A stretch of 64,000 nucleotides of DNA from a virus. Shown here piece by piece: positions 27,940 through 37,936 of this stretch (the first letter of the stretch is position 1; the number at the start of each line of letters is the position of its first letter). Location: positions 1-64,000 of IMG/VR virus record IMGVR_UViG_3300043448_000837, one strand, 5' to 3'. The position numbers and the translations under genes were made by a program. Under the pieces are notes generated by a model that did no database searches, was not told where the DNA came from, and was given only the letters and a program-made list of their open reading frames with translations.

Positions 27940-30321
27940 TCAGTTGTACATTGTGCGCTTGATAGCTTCAACGTAGTCGATTCCTTCGGATTCAACCAGT
28001 TTCAGAGCTTTTGCGTGAGGGTCAAGATCTTCCTCAGCGAACTGGAAAGTTCCACCGGCGACCTCATCGTAGTAAACCATCGGAGGAAGCTTGCTCAGCA
28101 GGCCAAGCAGCTTCGTAGCGGCAGTTTCACCTTCGGAGAACTCAAGAGTTCCGAAGTCAAGCCCTTCGCAGTAGCTTTGCAGCTCGGACTGAGGCATGAT
28201 GCCATCGGTCAGGCGACCATCTTCGTAGAGTGACTCAACGAAAGAAGCGATCTTGGCCTTGCGGGCATTCATCTTCTCTTCAGCGAAGCGACGCTGCAGT
28301 TCGGAGTGCTCTTTCTTCAGGCGGTTGAGCTCCTCGAAGATGGCGGCGGGGAAACCGTCCGGCTTGGCTTGGGCCATTGAACCCATGCCGTAATCCATTC
28401 CACAATGGTCAGCGGAAAGTTCGTTGTAGTCCTCTTCGTCGGCGTCGTCATCGCCGTCTTCCTCGTAAGTGGAACCGAATCCAGTCTTGGTGTAAGGACT
28501 CTTCTTCTCACCGTGCTCTTCAGCGAAAACGCCTCCGGAACGCTTGGCGGTTTGATTAGGGCCACCTTCAAAATCACCACTCAGATTGTCCTCAGCGAAA
28601 GCGCCTTCGGGACTAACAACTTGAGCAGCTTCGTCAATCTCATCCATTGCACCAGGAGTGAGTTGCTTCTTGGAAGATTTCTTCTCTCCTTTGTAACCCT
28701 CTGCGAACACACCGTCAGGACCGGTGATTTCGGCAACACCACCTTCAAAGTGACCAGGCTCCAGTTGACCTTTCTTGAGTTTGGCTTTGCCTTGGGTCAG
28801 ATCGTCAACTTCGCCCATCGCAGTTACGCCCAGCTCGGAAGTTACCTCGTCTGCTTCAGGCTCGGCGTGGTCAATCTTGCCGCCCTTGGTGGCTTGACGA
28901 CCATCGCTGCTCTTTTGACGCATTACGCGCATGCTTCCATCAGACATAACGTTGATGGTGCTGACTGCGAACACTTCGTTGTCAGGCGATTCTTCGGTTT
29001 CGGTAGGAATCTTGGTGTTAGCATCTTCGCGGCCAGCAGGGTTAGAACCGGAAGCAGTTTTAGGCTGATTCGGTTCAGGGTAGCTGTCAGCGTCGGTGTC
29101 GTACTGATCGCCGTTCATGGTGCGATCTTCAGCATCGGCTTGACCGGCCCAACGGGATTCACCAGTTGCGTTATCTGAGCCATCTTTGGCAGTCCTTTTG
29201 CGATCGGAATCCTGCTCAGAGTTCTTGGCAACGCTAACGCGATCGGCTTCCTGCTCACTGCTCTTAGAAGTTTTCATGCGGTCGTCGCCAACACCGCCTT
29301 TGCCTTCCTTGCCTGTTCTCATCCGGTCGGCGTAACCGTTGTCAGATGAACGGGCTGTTTCATAACGACCGGACTCATCATAGTCCATTTCGTCGCCTTC
29401 TTCCATTTCAACCTTTTCGCCAGGGTTAGCCTTGGCTTTGGCCTTCATTTCTTCGGCTTTCTTTTTAAGAGCAGGGGGCAGCTCTTTGTGTTGCTCGTCG
29501 TAGACGTTTTCTACAACCTGCATTACTTGGCCGTGGGCACCTTTGGCGTGCTTACGGCTGATTTTTCCGTCTTCCATAAATTGTTCCTCTGGGAATTGGT
29601 CTTCAAGTTCAGCCGTCTGCTGAGTGATTTCGTTGGTTTTGGCGCCCTCCGTAAATTGTTGGTTTTCCTCGGGGCTGGTTATTTCGGCCGGAGCTTGTGC
29701 ACCAGCCGCTTCATCCACGCCAGTTTCCTTCTGAGTATCGCCAGACTCTTGAAGATCTTTGACAGCGGATGAAACATCTTGTCGAACTTCCTCAAGTTTT
29801 TCGCGAAGAACCTCGAGAGGGCTCTTTTCAACGATCAGGGTAGGACCGAGTTCGTCATCAAAGATTTGGTCCGGGGACAAAGTCACTGCGAAGTCAAAGC
29901 ACCCCTCTGCCTCATTAAATGAGAAAGGTTCGAGTCCTTTAACAGCCGGGGGAGATGCCCCCAGCAAGGCCAGGTGCCTTGCGCTCCACTTTCCCCCGTG
30001 CGGGTTGATTTGGCTATCAGGGGAGTAGAAGGAAATTGATACTTTTCGGTAGTGACCGTTCTTGACCAAATCTTTAGCGGTGTCCGTAAAAGAGACATCT
30101 GCGTAAAGATTTTGTCCCTCTCTTGAAAATCCTTGGATCCACCCAAAAGAAGGCAAACTGTCGTTATCACCCTGGTGGCCAAGAACTATGGGAGCTTCAT
30201 GGACCGAAGGGTCATATGTGTCGACAACTTGCTGAAGATCTTCTGGAGAGAATGTCCGCTTGATTCCTTGGGCAGAGGTCTGATCACCCGCACGAAATAC
30301 GTGAATTCTTTTAGTGAACAC
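27940..30321 (-). CDS. Mu gpI-like prohead protease fused to a long acidic scaffold
   Basis: IHVFRAG, APIVLGH, PSFGW, YRKVSISFY, RHLALLGASPPAVKGL. Confidence 0.9.
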   Translation of the reverse strand: MFTKRIHVFRAGDQTSAQGIKRTFSPEDLQQVVDTYDPSVHEAPIVLGHQGDNDSLPSFGWIQGFSREGQNLYADVSFTDTAKDLVKNGHYRKVSISFYSPDSQINPHGGKWSARHLALLGASPPAVKGLEPFSFNEAEGCFDFAVTLSPDQIFDDELGPTLIVEKSPLEVLREKLEEVRQDVSSAVKDLQESGDTQKETGVDEAAGAQAPAEITSPEENQQFTEGAKTNEITQQTAELEDQFPEEQFMEDGKISRKHAKGAHGQVMQVVENVYDEQHKELPPALKKKAEEMKAKAKANPGEKVEMEEGDEMDYDESGRYETARSSDNGYADRMRTGKEGKGGVGDDRMKTSKSSEQEADRVSVAKNSEQDSDRKRTAKDGSDNATGESRWAGQADAEDRTMNGDQYDTDADSYPEPNQPKTASGSNPAGREDANTKIPTETEESPDNEVFAVSTINVMSDGSMRVMRQKSSDGRQATKGGKIDHAEPEADEVTSELGVTAMGEVDDLTQGKAKLKKGQLEPGHFEGGVAEITGPDGVFAEGYKGEKKSSKKQLTPGAMDEIDEAAQVVSPEGAFAEDNLSGDFEGGPNQTAKRSGGVFAEEHGEKKSPYTKTGFGSTYEEDGDDDADEEDYNELSADHCGMDYGMGSMAQAKPDGFPAAIFEELNRLKKEHSELQRRFAEEKMNARKAKIASFVESLYEDGRLTDGIMPQSELQSYCEGLDFGTLEFSEGETAATKLLGLLSKLPPMVYYDEVAGGTFQFAEEDLDPHAKALKLVESEGIDYVEAIKRTMYN

Positions 30322-30348
30322 AGTCTATAAGGGATCTGATAACATTTT

Positions 30349-31746
30349 TTACCCTTCTTGCTCAGCAATCAAGGTTTCCTGCTGGTCTGCTGACTCCTCC
30401 CCGGGGAGGGGAGTTTCTTCGGTCGCAGTTCCACTTTGATCCCCGAAAATTGAACCGAACAGGTCCTGATCTTCTTCAGGGTTGTAAGTCGTTGCCGAAG
30501 CGGTGTCAGCAGGGCCACCACTTTCTTTCTTCTCTTCCAACTCAACACGGAAGTGTCTCTCCAGCCATTCTTTCTTCGGCGTGAAACCAGATTGAATAAG
30601 CAGAGAAACGTCCGGCATCGTAAGAGTTGATTCCTCGATTCGGAACTCCCGAGTAAGAACGGGAGCAGCGACGTCAGTTCCGAAGTTCAGGTCAACGATC
30701 CACCGAATGAGAGTTTGCGTAAGATTTTGTGAAATGATCTCAGAAAGTTCTGACGCCTTCACGACTCGGACAACATTCGCAACCTGGGAGGAAGCACGGG
30801 AACCAGCCTCAGCTTGCCCCGCTTCGTTCTCTCCGCAAATCAACACGCTGATTTCTTTGTCGATGTAGTCAATCAGGTTTTTGAACACATCGGGGCTTCC
30901 GGACGGCGTTACGAACTCTAACTCGTAACCCTCCGGGAGGATCATTGCCGTCTCCTGGCTCAAGTTGGAAAGATGGTCGTACAACGTGTCGATTTCTTTC
31001 GTACTTGCGCTCAAAGGGGCTTTCGCAACGGCTGTCGGCGTGGCGTAGCGGTCGCCGTAAAGCACGTAGGACTCAATCGCCCTGCGACGGAACTTGACGA
31101 GCGGGTACAAGATTCGGCCTAAGGATGAACCGTAAGGGTCGCCATTGTGAGAAACCCAGTACCGATTGACAATGAATTTGCGCGTCGGAAGCTCAACACC
31201 TTCGAACATTCGGTTAAATGTCAGGCAGCGCATTGTGAAACCCGTTTGGGCATCTTCCTTTTCCTGGAAAACAAAACGACGTTGATCACGCATCCGTACA
31301 TCAAACGGAATAACGCCTCTTTTCGTTTTCTTCCACATCACTTCTCCGACGGAGAACCCTGTGATGATTGCTTCCGCAAGTCCCTTGTAAATGTCGTCAA
31401 GAGGAATTTCTTCAAGCACTTCGCTTACGAAATCTCTTACAGCTACGTCGCCGGGTTTGTCACTATATTGCTCAACGTACCATGGACGGGAGGTAATTTC
31501 TTGAACAAGTTTGGCAAAACAGCCCTGAACTTGCTCGTCGTAAAGAAGGCGCTGGTATACAACTAGCGCACGGTTCCCGCCTTTTTGAATGAGGAGATCA
31601 TCGTTAGGCCTGACAATCGTATTACCTTGACCAGTGAACGGGCTGCTAGACCCGAACATGTAGATCGAAGATAGATTATAGGGGTCAGAAGTATAACGAG
31701 CTACCTCTCCCGATGGCACTGGGGCTGTCTTAAATCTCTGAGCCAT
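30349..31746 (-). CDS. Portal protein (Mu gp29/DUF935-like)
   Basis: GFSVGEVMW, DPYGSSLGR, DRYATP, IDYIDKEISVLICG, WIVDLNFG. Confidence 0.9.
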   Translation of the reverse strand: MAQRFKTAPVPSGEVARYTSDPYNLSSIYMFGSSSPFTGQGNTIVRPNDDLLIQKGGNRALVVYQRLLYDEQVQGCFAKLVQEITSRPWYVEQYSDKPGDVAVRDFVSEVLEEIPLDDIYKGLAEAIITGFSVGEVMWKKTKRGVIPFDVRMRDQRRFVFQEKEDAQTGFTMRCLTFNRMFEGVELPTRKFIVNRYWVSHNGDPYGSSLGRILYPLVKFRRRAIESYVLYGDRYATPTAVAKAPLSASTKEIDTLYDHLSNLSQETAMILPEGYELEFVTPSGSPDVFKNLIDYIDKEISVLICGENEAGQAEAGSRASSQVANVVRVVKASELSEIISQNLTQTLIRWIVDLNFGTDVAAPVLTREFRIEESTLTMPDVSLLIQSGFTPKKEWLERHFRVELEEKKESGGPADTASATTYNPEEDQDLFGSIFGDQSGTATEETPLPGEESADQQETLIAEQEG

Positions 31747-31782
31747 CCAATCCTCTGGTAGTTCTAGTCCTTATGTCAAGTT

Positions 31783-31944
31783 TTACCCTCGAGGCAGCTC
31801 GGGGAAGTTTTGCGAGATATAATTTTCAAGTTTAGCCAGGATTCTCGAGTATTCGTCGTAGATCTTCTCGCTTGATGTTTGGCTCATGTAGTACCGACAA
31901 GCTGAGATTAGTCGATAGATGTCTTTTTCTTGTAGAGAGTACAT
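31783..31944 (-). CDS. Small hypothetical protein (53 aa)
   Basis: Own translation MYSLQEKDIYRLISACRYY...; TGATG coupling. Confidence 0.55.
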   Translation of the reverse strand: MYSLQEKDIYRLISACRYYMSQTSSEKIYDEYSRILAKLENYISQNFPELPRG

Positions 31945-32321
31945 CAGTTTGCCAGAGTAAACTGCATCGGTGGCTGGGGAACTCCGTTTACGGCGTACTG
32001 GATGAAAACGTGGTACACCCCGTCATCGCCCTGTGATTTCCAGTCCCCTGTTACGCTCAGGTCAGATAACCCTGAAACGTTTGCAGAAATTGATGCCTGC
32101 AGTTCAGAGTTGATTTGACCCGGATCCAGGACGTTCAGAACCTGATCTGCTATCCCGTAGTTTGCTCTCATAACCCGATCGTAGTAACGGGTTTCGACTA
32201 CGCTCCGAATTTGCTGCGTTATCAAAGCGTAGTCTACACTTGTCGCTAAATTCCCGTTGACGATAGTCAAAGGGTAAGCCAATCCTCGAATACTCGCTGC
32301 TAAAGGCTCGGTTACGCTCAT
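31944..32321 (-). CDS. Baseplate wedge / sheath initiator (gp25/gpW-like)
   Basis: RGLAYPL, IRSVVETRYYDRVMRANYG. Confidence 0.85.
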   Translation of the reverse strand: MSVTEPLAASIRGLAYPLTIVNGNLATSVDYALITQQIRSVVETRYYDRVMRANYGIADQVLNVLDPGQINSELQASISANVSGLSDLSVTGDWKSQGDDGVYHVFIQYAVNGVPQPPMQFTLAN

Positions 32322-32608
32322 CGGTATCTACGGGAAATTTCAAATTCCAGGTTGTTCAACCTTCTGCGAATTTCTTCGGACGGAAGGGAACTCTCAATGA
32401 CTTTGTTCACCTCTTGCCGCATTCCGGTGTGGCTCAAGGATCGATAGTAGGAAGGATCAACCAGATCCTCTTCTTGTTTTACGCCGGAAAGAAGGGAGAG
32501 GCAAAGGGTTTCAACTGAAACCCCTTGCTCTCTGGCCCTTAGTTCAAGCTGTAGTAGAAGAGAGTCAGGAATCAGTAACGTTAATTCCTTGTTCATTATG
32601 ACTCTCAT
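32318..32608 (-). CDS. Ribbon-helix-helix-like DNA-binding protein
   Basis: LTLLIPDSLLLQLELRAREQGVSVETL. Confidence 0.55.
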   Translation of the reverse strand: MRVIMNKELTLLIPDSLLLQLELRAREQGVSVETLCLSLLSGVKQEEDLVDPSYYRSLSHTGMRQEVNKVIESSLPSEEIRRRLNNLEFEISRRYR

Positions 32609-32613
32609 TTAGT

Positions 32614-35600
32614 TTAGAAACCGGTGTTGTTAGTTCCCAGTCCTTGAGCGTTCAGCTCGTTCTGCATTTGACCAACGGCAACGCGGATCAGATCGATCTG
32701 AATTCTTTCCAGAGTCGGGACAGGAGTCACAAACACCTTGGCGTTAATGATTCCGTTCTCGAGTGAGGCAGGAGGGTTGATTCGAGCATCACAGATAACT
32801 TGGAAAGCGTCGCTTGGGCGAGCGCCGAACAGAGCACCACGAGAGTACAGCTGGTTCAGAACGCTATTACCAACCGAAATGATCTGGTTGAACGCCACAC
32901 CGAATCCATCGATAACGTTGAAGATCTGGCTATCGAAGGCATTTCTCAGCGAACCGTAAACAACGTTCAGAATGACGCGAGTGTTTACGAACTGGTACAG
33001 ACGCTGTTGAGCGTCAGCAGTGTTAACGCGAGTTCTTCCGCCCCAGACAAACACCGCGCTGGTTGGGTAACCAGGCAGGGTACGGATTGCGTTGCAACCG
33101 TCAGGGTTGAGAAGGTTTTGCTGAGCCGAGTTGATCGGAATCTGAGCTGCCACTGCGTCGGCAAGTTGATACTTGACACCAGCAGGCGGGAACTGATATC
33201 CTTCAGCGCGGTAACGACGCAGAGCAATTCCGGTCACGTAAGGTGAAGGAGGAATCCACTGACCCGAAGCGTTCTCGATGTAAGGACCGTAGTAAGCAAT
33301 GAAACCGAAAGGTTGGAAGTACCTTTGGCTATCGTTGTACAGACGGTTGACATTGTCAACGCCAGCCTCAATGAACTCAGCCTGGGGAACACCATTGAAC
33401 CCAACGCCACGGATCGCATCGCTGATGATTTCGGTGGAGGTGATTGGGTCAAAGCGCCAGAGAGCACTCGGAGGAGTTGCCTCAGGGGTGAAGTTCAGAC
33501 CAACTTGTGAGCCGTAGCAAGGTTGACCAACAACACTCAAGTCGCCACCAGCAGGGATAACCACCCAGTCGTAAGCGGTTCCGTTGTAAGTCACGGCGAT
33601 CCGATCACCAACTGCAACCTCAGTTACTCCATCAGGGCCAACGGCGCCAGTAGGAGCCACAGTAACGTTGAAGTAAACCCCTACGAGTTTATCTACAACA
33701 GCTTGAATATCGGTACCGGAGTCGGTTGCTGAGAGACCGGTAGAAGTGACATACAAGGTGGCAGTGTCAAGAACACCCGCAGCAGCAGTGGTATCTGCCT
33801 CGTAGTCACCGCCTTCAATCGGGTCGATGGAAGGAACCAGGAATGCCTGTGAAGCAAAGTTCTGGTCAACGGTTGGGGTGCAGTACCAGTTCTCGAGAGT
33901 TGTGGAAGGAGAACCGGGGGCTGAAAGAGTAAGCTCAGGCAGCCAACCTGCGGTAGAATTCTCACCGAAAGGTGAAATCAAACCAACACCCAGAGCGGTC
34001 AAGCTGTTGTTGAAGAAGATCGAGACTTCAGGGTTGGTTGCGGCAGGAGCAGGAGCTGCAGTTGCAACAGCTGCTTCTGAAGCGATCAGGCCGCTATTCA
34101 GACCGTACTTCCGAGCACGAACAAACGGGATAACCGACAGTTCAGCCAAAGTGGCCGAAGTTGCCTCACCACCAAGAACCTTCGTGTAGAAGATTGTGGG
34201 GCTGGAGACAAAGGAGGTTGTTCCGCTCGGAATCGTTACGAAAGAAGAAGCCGTGTAAGAGGTTAAGCTCTCAGCCAGGCAGAAGGTGTCTGCGTCGATC
34301 ACCTGAACGTAGTAAAGCGCCTCAGAAACTTTAGTCGTTGCACGGAAGAGGTTTACTCCGGCGTTGGTCTTCACCGGCTGAGTGAAGTACAGTTTCTGAC
34401 CACTCGTCAAGCCGTGAGCGACACAAGTAACCCGAGCCGTGCCAGTATAAGCTCCTGTAGAACCAGCCACGGAAGTGTCGGGGTTCAGGATTGTACGAGA
34501 TACGAAGTTCAGACGGTAGTTAGCGGTAGCATCCTGAAGGCTAGCAGGAAGGTGCAGTGTGTTGACATACTGAGCGGCCCCAGTAATGTTCTGCAGAAGG
34601 TTTGAAGTCTGACCGTTAATTGTCTGAGGCAGGCTGTAGAAAGGAACAACGTATGTGAAGTCGCAGGTTCCAGTGGCTCCGCCAAAGTTGATCGCATTGG
34701 CAGGGGTCGTCAGGTTGATTGAACCACCAGCAGCAATGACTTCATCCAGAACGGACACAGCGTTAGGTGCGTCGTAGGCGAAGAACACGTTGTTAAACGA
34801 GTAATCACCGGTTGCCCCCAGATCATACGGGGGAGCAATTACAAAGATCGTTCCATCTTCCCCAATCGTGCTCAGAATGTCACCAGTGGCGTTACTGAAG
34901 GTAACTTCCTGAATCTGATAAGACACAGGCCAGTAGTTCTGAGTTGACAGAACGAGCATTGTGTCGTCAACGGTTGAATCAACCTCGAATGTGGCTGAAT
35001 CCAGCAGGCCAACTTTCTCACCAGCGGCCACAGGAGTTGCACTCCGAGACTGAGAGATAGCGGTTTCTGCCGTGGGGGAAGCAATCAGAGCTTGGTAGGT
35101 GAGCTTGTCGTAAGTGACATCGGTGCCAACCCATTCGTACATGGCATTGTCTACCAGGTACTTGTTTCCGGTGACCAGGTCAGCAGCAGGCTCGTGAGGT
35201 GTGTAGGCGCTGTACTTGTTGATGTCGGTCACAAGGAAAGGACCGGGATCAGCAAGAGCCATCCACTTGTAGTTGTTGTTGGCGCAATGATCGGCAGCAG
35301 CAGCTCCGACAGCAGCACGGCCATCAGCATCAAACTGAGCGTACGCAGTTGGAGTGATCAGATAGCCTTGGTCTTGCTGACCGTCGAAAGCGGTCGCGAT
35401 GCACTGAATGTAATCCTGGGGAACTCGCTCCAGGTTCTGCTGTTGGCCAACGATGTTCTGAATGTCATAAACATTCTGCATCATGACGTACTGAGCACCG
35501 ACTGGCAGAACCAGCGGAACAACGCTCACGTTAGCGTCAAACGTAGCGGCAGCAATGCTTACGAAAGCATTCTCAGAGTTTGAGAGAGGATTGATCGAAG

Positions 35601-36246
35601 TTACCAGACCGAAATCACGAACGTAGACGGAGCTACGAACACTCGGGTTGCTCTCAATCGCCTCTGCAATCGCAATTGCGATAGCCGAAGAAATTCTGCG
35701 GTTGTTAACTTCGTCGCCAGGGATGTAGTCTACGGGAATTGTAACCGGAACACCCAGCCACTCTCCGTCGTTGGTGTAACCTGTAGATCCATCGCCTGCT
35801 ACGAGGCGATTTCCGTTGATTACAAGTTGTGCGTAAACAACGTCTCCAGCCTCGAAGTTCGAGGGAAGACCTGCGTTGCTCTGCTTGGTTCCGTTAGGAA
35901 GAATCTCAATCTCTACGATCTGATCAGGAGTGCCAACGCGAACAACACGCAGATCACCAACCTGAGCATTCTGGAAAAACTCGTTAACGCAGTTGTAGCT
36001 CAGCAAGGGAATCCGGGCCTCAGGAACGCTTCCACCAACGAGGGCGAAATAGTCGTTCAGCGAAGTGATCGGAGTAGGTGTGTTATAAGGGAAAACTGTA
36101 ACCGGCACTGTTTCTTCGGTTTCCACCAGCATGTAAACAGTGCTAAAATTAGCAACGTCAGCGTTTGCGACAACACCGGCACGCTCATTGATGTATACAC
36201 CAGGAGCTCCGGGGGTTGTTCCACCGCCAAGAGAAAATGTGGCCAT
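32614..36246 (-). CDS. Tail sheath protein with large insertion domains (about 1210 aa)
   Basis: PGVYINE, FFQN, AYYGPY, IPPS, PPAG, LNPDGCNAIR, VWGGRT, FVNTR, GALFG, AFQVICD. Confidence 0.95.
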   Translation of the reverse strand: MATFSLGGGTTPGAPGVYINERAGVVANADVANFSTVYMLVETEETVPVTVFPYNTPTPITSLNDYFALVGGSVPEARIPLLSYNCVNEFFQNAQVGDLRVVRVGTPDQIVEIEILPNGTKQSNAGLPSNFEAGDVVYAQLVINGNRLVAGDGSTGYTNDGEWLGVPVTIPVDYIPGDEVNNRRISSAIAIAIAEAIESNPSVRSSVYVRDFGLVTSINPLSNSENAFVSIAAATFDANVSVVPLVLPVGAQYVMMQNVYDIQNIVGQQQNLERVPQDYIQCIATAFDGQQDQGYLITPTAYAQFDADGRAAVGAAAADHCANNNYKWMALADPGPFLVTDINKYSAYTPHEPAADLVTGNKYLVDNAMYEWVGTDVTYDKLTYQALIASPTAETAISQSRSATPVAAGEKVGLLDSATFEVDSTVDDTMLVLSTQNYWPVSYQIQEVTFSNATGDILSTIGEDGTIFVIAPPYDLGATGDYSFNNVFFAYDAPNAVSVLDEVIAAGGSINLTTPANAINFGGATGTCDFTYVVPFYSLPQTINGQTSNLLQNITGAAQYVNTLHLPASLQDATANYRLNFVSRTILNPDTSVAGSTGAYTGTARVTCVAHGLTSGQKLYFTQPVKTNAGVNLFRATTKVSEALYYVQVIDADTFCLAESLTSYTASSFVTIPSGTTSFVSSPTIFYTKVLGGEATSATLAELSVIPFVRARKYGLNSGLIASEAAVATAAPAPAATNPEVSIFFNNSLTALGVGLISPFGENSTAGWLPELTLSAPGSPSTTLENWYCTPTVDQNFASQAFLVPSIDPIEGGDYEADTTAAAGVLDTATLYVTSTGLSATDSGTDIQAVVDKLVGVYFNVTVAPTGAVGPDGVTEVAVGDRIAVTYNGTAYDWVVIPAGGDLSVVGQPCYGSQVGLNFTPEATPPSALWRFDPITSTEIISDAIRGVGFNGVPQAEFIEAGVDNVNRLYNDSQRYFQPFGFIAYYGPYIENASGQWIPPSPYVTGIALRRYRAEGYQFPPAGVKYQLADAVAAQIPINSAQQNLLNPDGCNAIRTLPGYPTSAVFVWGGRTRVNTADAQQRLYQFVNTRVILNVVYGSLRNAFDSQIFNVIDGFGVAFNQIISVGNSVLNQLYSRGALFGARPSDAFQVICDARINPPASLENGIINAKVFVTPVPTLERIQIDLIRVAVGQMQNELNAQGLGTNNTGF

Positions 36247-36355
36247 GTTTTTAAGAGGGTGTTCCTTCTTTCCCTTCAGTAGTGCAGGCAAGGATGACTC
36301 CTACGTGGTCTCCGTAGAGCTACTGTTGGGACACAAATGTGTACTAACTTTTACC

Positions 36356-36718
36356 CTACTGAACACCTGTAATCGCAGGCAGGCTATCAAACGAATACCC
36401 GTTGAGAGACTCTCGCAAGACAACGCCTTGCAGAGTATATTTGTTCAACGACGAAACATACTCAGACTCTGAGTCAAACGGAAAGATCTCGTCTGCCTGT
36501 GCCCCTTCAACGTTCCCGGACACAAAAGAAGCTTGTTGCAAACTTCCGGAAGAACTCTCAGGGTTGGGTAGAAGGAGTTGAGCACCAATCGGGGGAAGTT
36601 CAGTAACGTCCCACTGAGGATTCAACTCAAGCACCGCACGGTACTCAAGAGAATTGGTGTAGTACTGGTACCCGAGTTTCCTCCAGGTGAACTGGGGCTG
36701 GAAGGGCAGAGTAATCAT
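36356..36718 (-). CDS. LysM/P2 gpX-like baseplate protein
   Basis: TWRKLGYQYY...YRAVLELNP...LPPIGAQLLLP. Confidence 0.7.
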   Translation of the reverse strand: MITLPFQPQFTWRKLGYQYYTNSLEYRAVLELNPQWDVTELPPIGAQLLLPNPESSSGSLQQASFVSGNVEGAQADEIFPFDSESEYVSSLNKYTLQGVVLRESLNGYSFDSLPAITGVQ

Positions 36719-36720
36719 TT

Positions 36721-37095
36721 TCAGACCATCTTACGAGAGCGAGCCAAAAGACGAGCGCCAATCGATGTTCCACGATTCAGTTCAAAGCCTTCTTCTTCGG
36801 CCACTTTCTTAGCAGCAGCTTCAAGAACGGCGGGGCTGGTTGGAACGAAAATATCTTCTTCTTGAGTGCGACTCTGCAGTTTCGTGCGAACGTCAGTCTC
36901 AATCTGCTCTTTTTCTACAGCAGGCGCGGCTGGAACTGGATCTTCAGTCAACATTTGAACTTCAATCTCTGCGGGTTCCGGTTGTGCCTCTACTTTCACC
37001 TCTTCAGCTTGCACGTAAGCCTCGTTGACTTGCGGGGTCGAAGTGTCGTCGGCGGTGAAAGTTCCGTCTTCGTTGTGAGCTCTTTTTCTAGCCAT
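36721..37095 (-). CDS. Hypothetical late protein
   Basis: Start MARKRAHNEDGTFTADD, 2 nt after the upstream stop. Confidence 0.65.
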   Translation of the reverse strand: MARKRAHNEDGTFTADDTSTPQVNEAYVQAEEVKVEAQPEPAEIEVQMLTEDPVPAAPAVEKEQIETDVRTKLQSRTQEEDIFVPTSPAVLEAAAKKVAEEEGFELNRGTSIGARLLARSRKMV

Positions 37096-37097
37096 GA

Positions 37098-37511
37098 TTA
37101 ACGTTTTTGTGTGAGAATGTTTTTCCAAGCGATCGGAACAATCTGCTTGAGAGACTTGTCCGGAACGCCCATCCACGGCCTCGCAGCCATCTTTGAAGTT
37201 CCGAACTGGTGATATACGCCATACGGGGCGGCCTTCACCTCGAAGCCTTCTCCTTTCGGTAAAATCTGGGCTTCGTTTTGCATGAACCCTGTTGCCCGTA
37301 GAATCGGTTGACCAGGGTATTTGCGAAGTTTCGCAATCGCGTACTTTGGTGTGAGGGAAGCCCAAGGTCTTCCCGTAGTGGGATCAGATTCCTGGCGCCA
37401 AGGAACGGCATGATCTTTCAAGAGAATGGGCGCCCACTCTTTCTGTGTAGGTTTCCACCAGTCTAGGTTAAACTGAAGGAAACCGCCCTTCTTAACTTGA
37501 AAACTGATCAT
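37098..37511 (-). CDS. Virion morphogenesis protein (Mu gpG/P2 gpS-like tail completion)
   Basis: DPTTGRPWASL, ILRATG, YGVYHQFGTSKMAARPWMG. Confidence 0.85.
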   Translation of the reverse strand: MISFQVKKGGFLQFNLDWWKPTQKEWAPILLKDHAVPWRQESDPTTGRPWASLTPKYAIAKLRKYPGQPILRATGFMQNEAQILPKGEGFEVKAAPYGVYHQFGTSKMAARPWMGVPDKSLKQIVPIAWKNILTQKR

Positions 37512-37936
37512 CTCTTCCTCGCGTTCTTTTTGATCGCTTGCTCTTGCTTTTCCGCAAAATCTTCAACAATGTTGATCATTGCAAGAATTTTGCTCATCGG
37601 TTGTTTCTCTAACCAGTCTACAGTGCTATCCCAACGTTGTTTGCACAAGTGGAAAGAAACCTCAAGCCAGTTTTCGACCGTTAAGACTTTTTCGTTGATA
37701 ATCTCTTCCCCAATCCACTTGAAGACTTTTTCCGTTTGAGGAAGGGTGAAATACGCTAAGTCGTCGTGATTCTGAATGAGCCGGGAGATCAAAGGGACCA
37801 TCCCGGTTTCTTTGTTTCGCAGGAGTTGCGCAAAATAAAAGTCTTTCGGGCAAAGCTCTCGAACGTGAAGGGAAACACCCTTACCGAAACTTAGCAGATA
37901 CGTGAAATCTTCAAGGTCTTCAACGATTAGTTTGGG
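37508..37936 (-). CDS. Tail assembly chaperone -1 frameshift extension (T part of GT)
   Basis: The -1 frame is open from CCCAAAC through to the ORF 37508-37801. Confidence 0.75.
   Translation of the reverse strand, partial: PKLIVEDLEDFTYLLSFGKGVSLHVRELCPKDFYFAQLLRNKETGMVPLISRLIQNHDDLAYFTLPQTEKVFKWIGEEIINEKVLTVENWLEVSFHLCKQRWDSTVDWLEKQPMSKILAMINIVEDFAEKQEQAIKKNARKR

Noticed and set aside
12276-36246. Contractile injection system (eCIS/tailocin) rather than a phage
   Set aside because: Portal, capsid, protease, terminase and replication genes are all present
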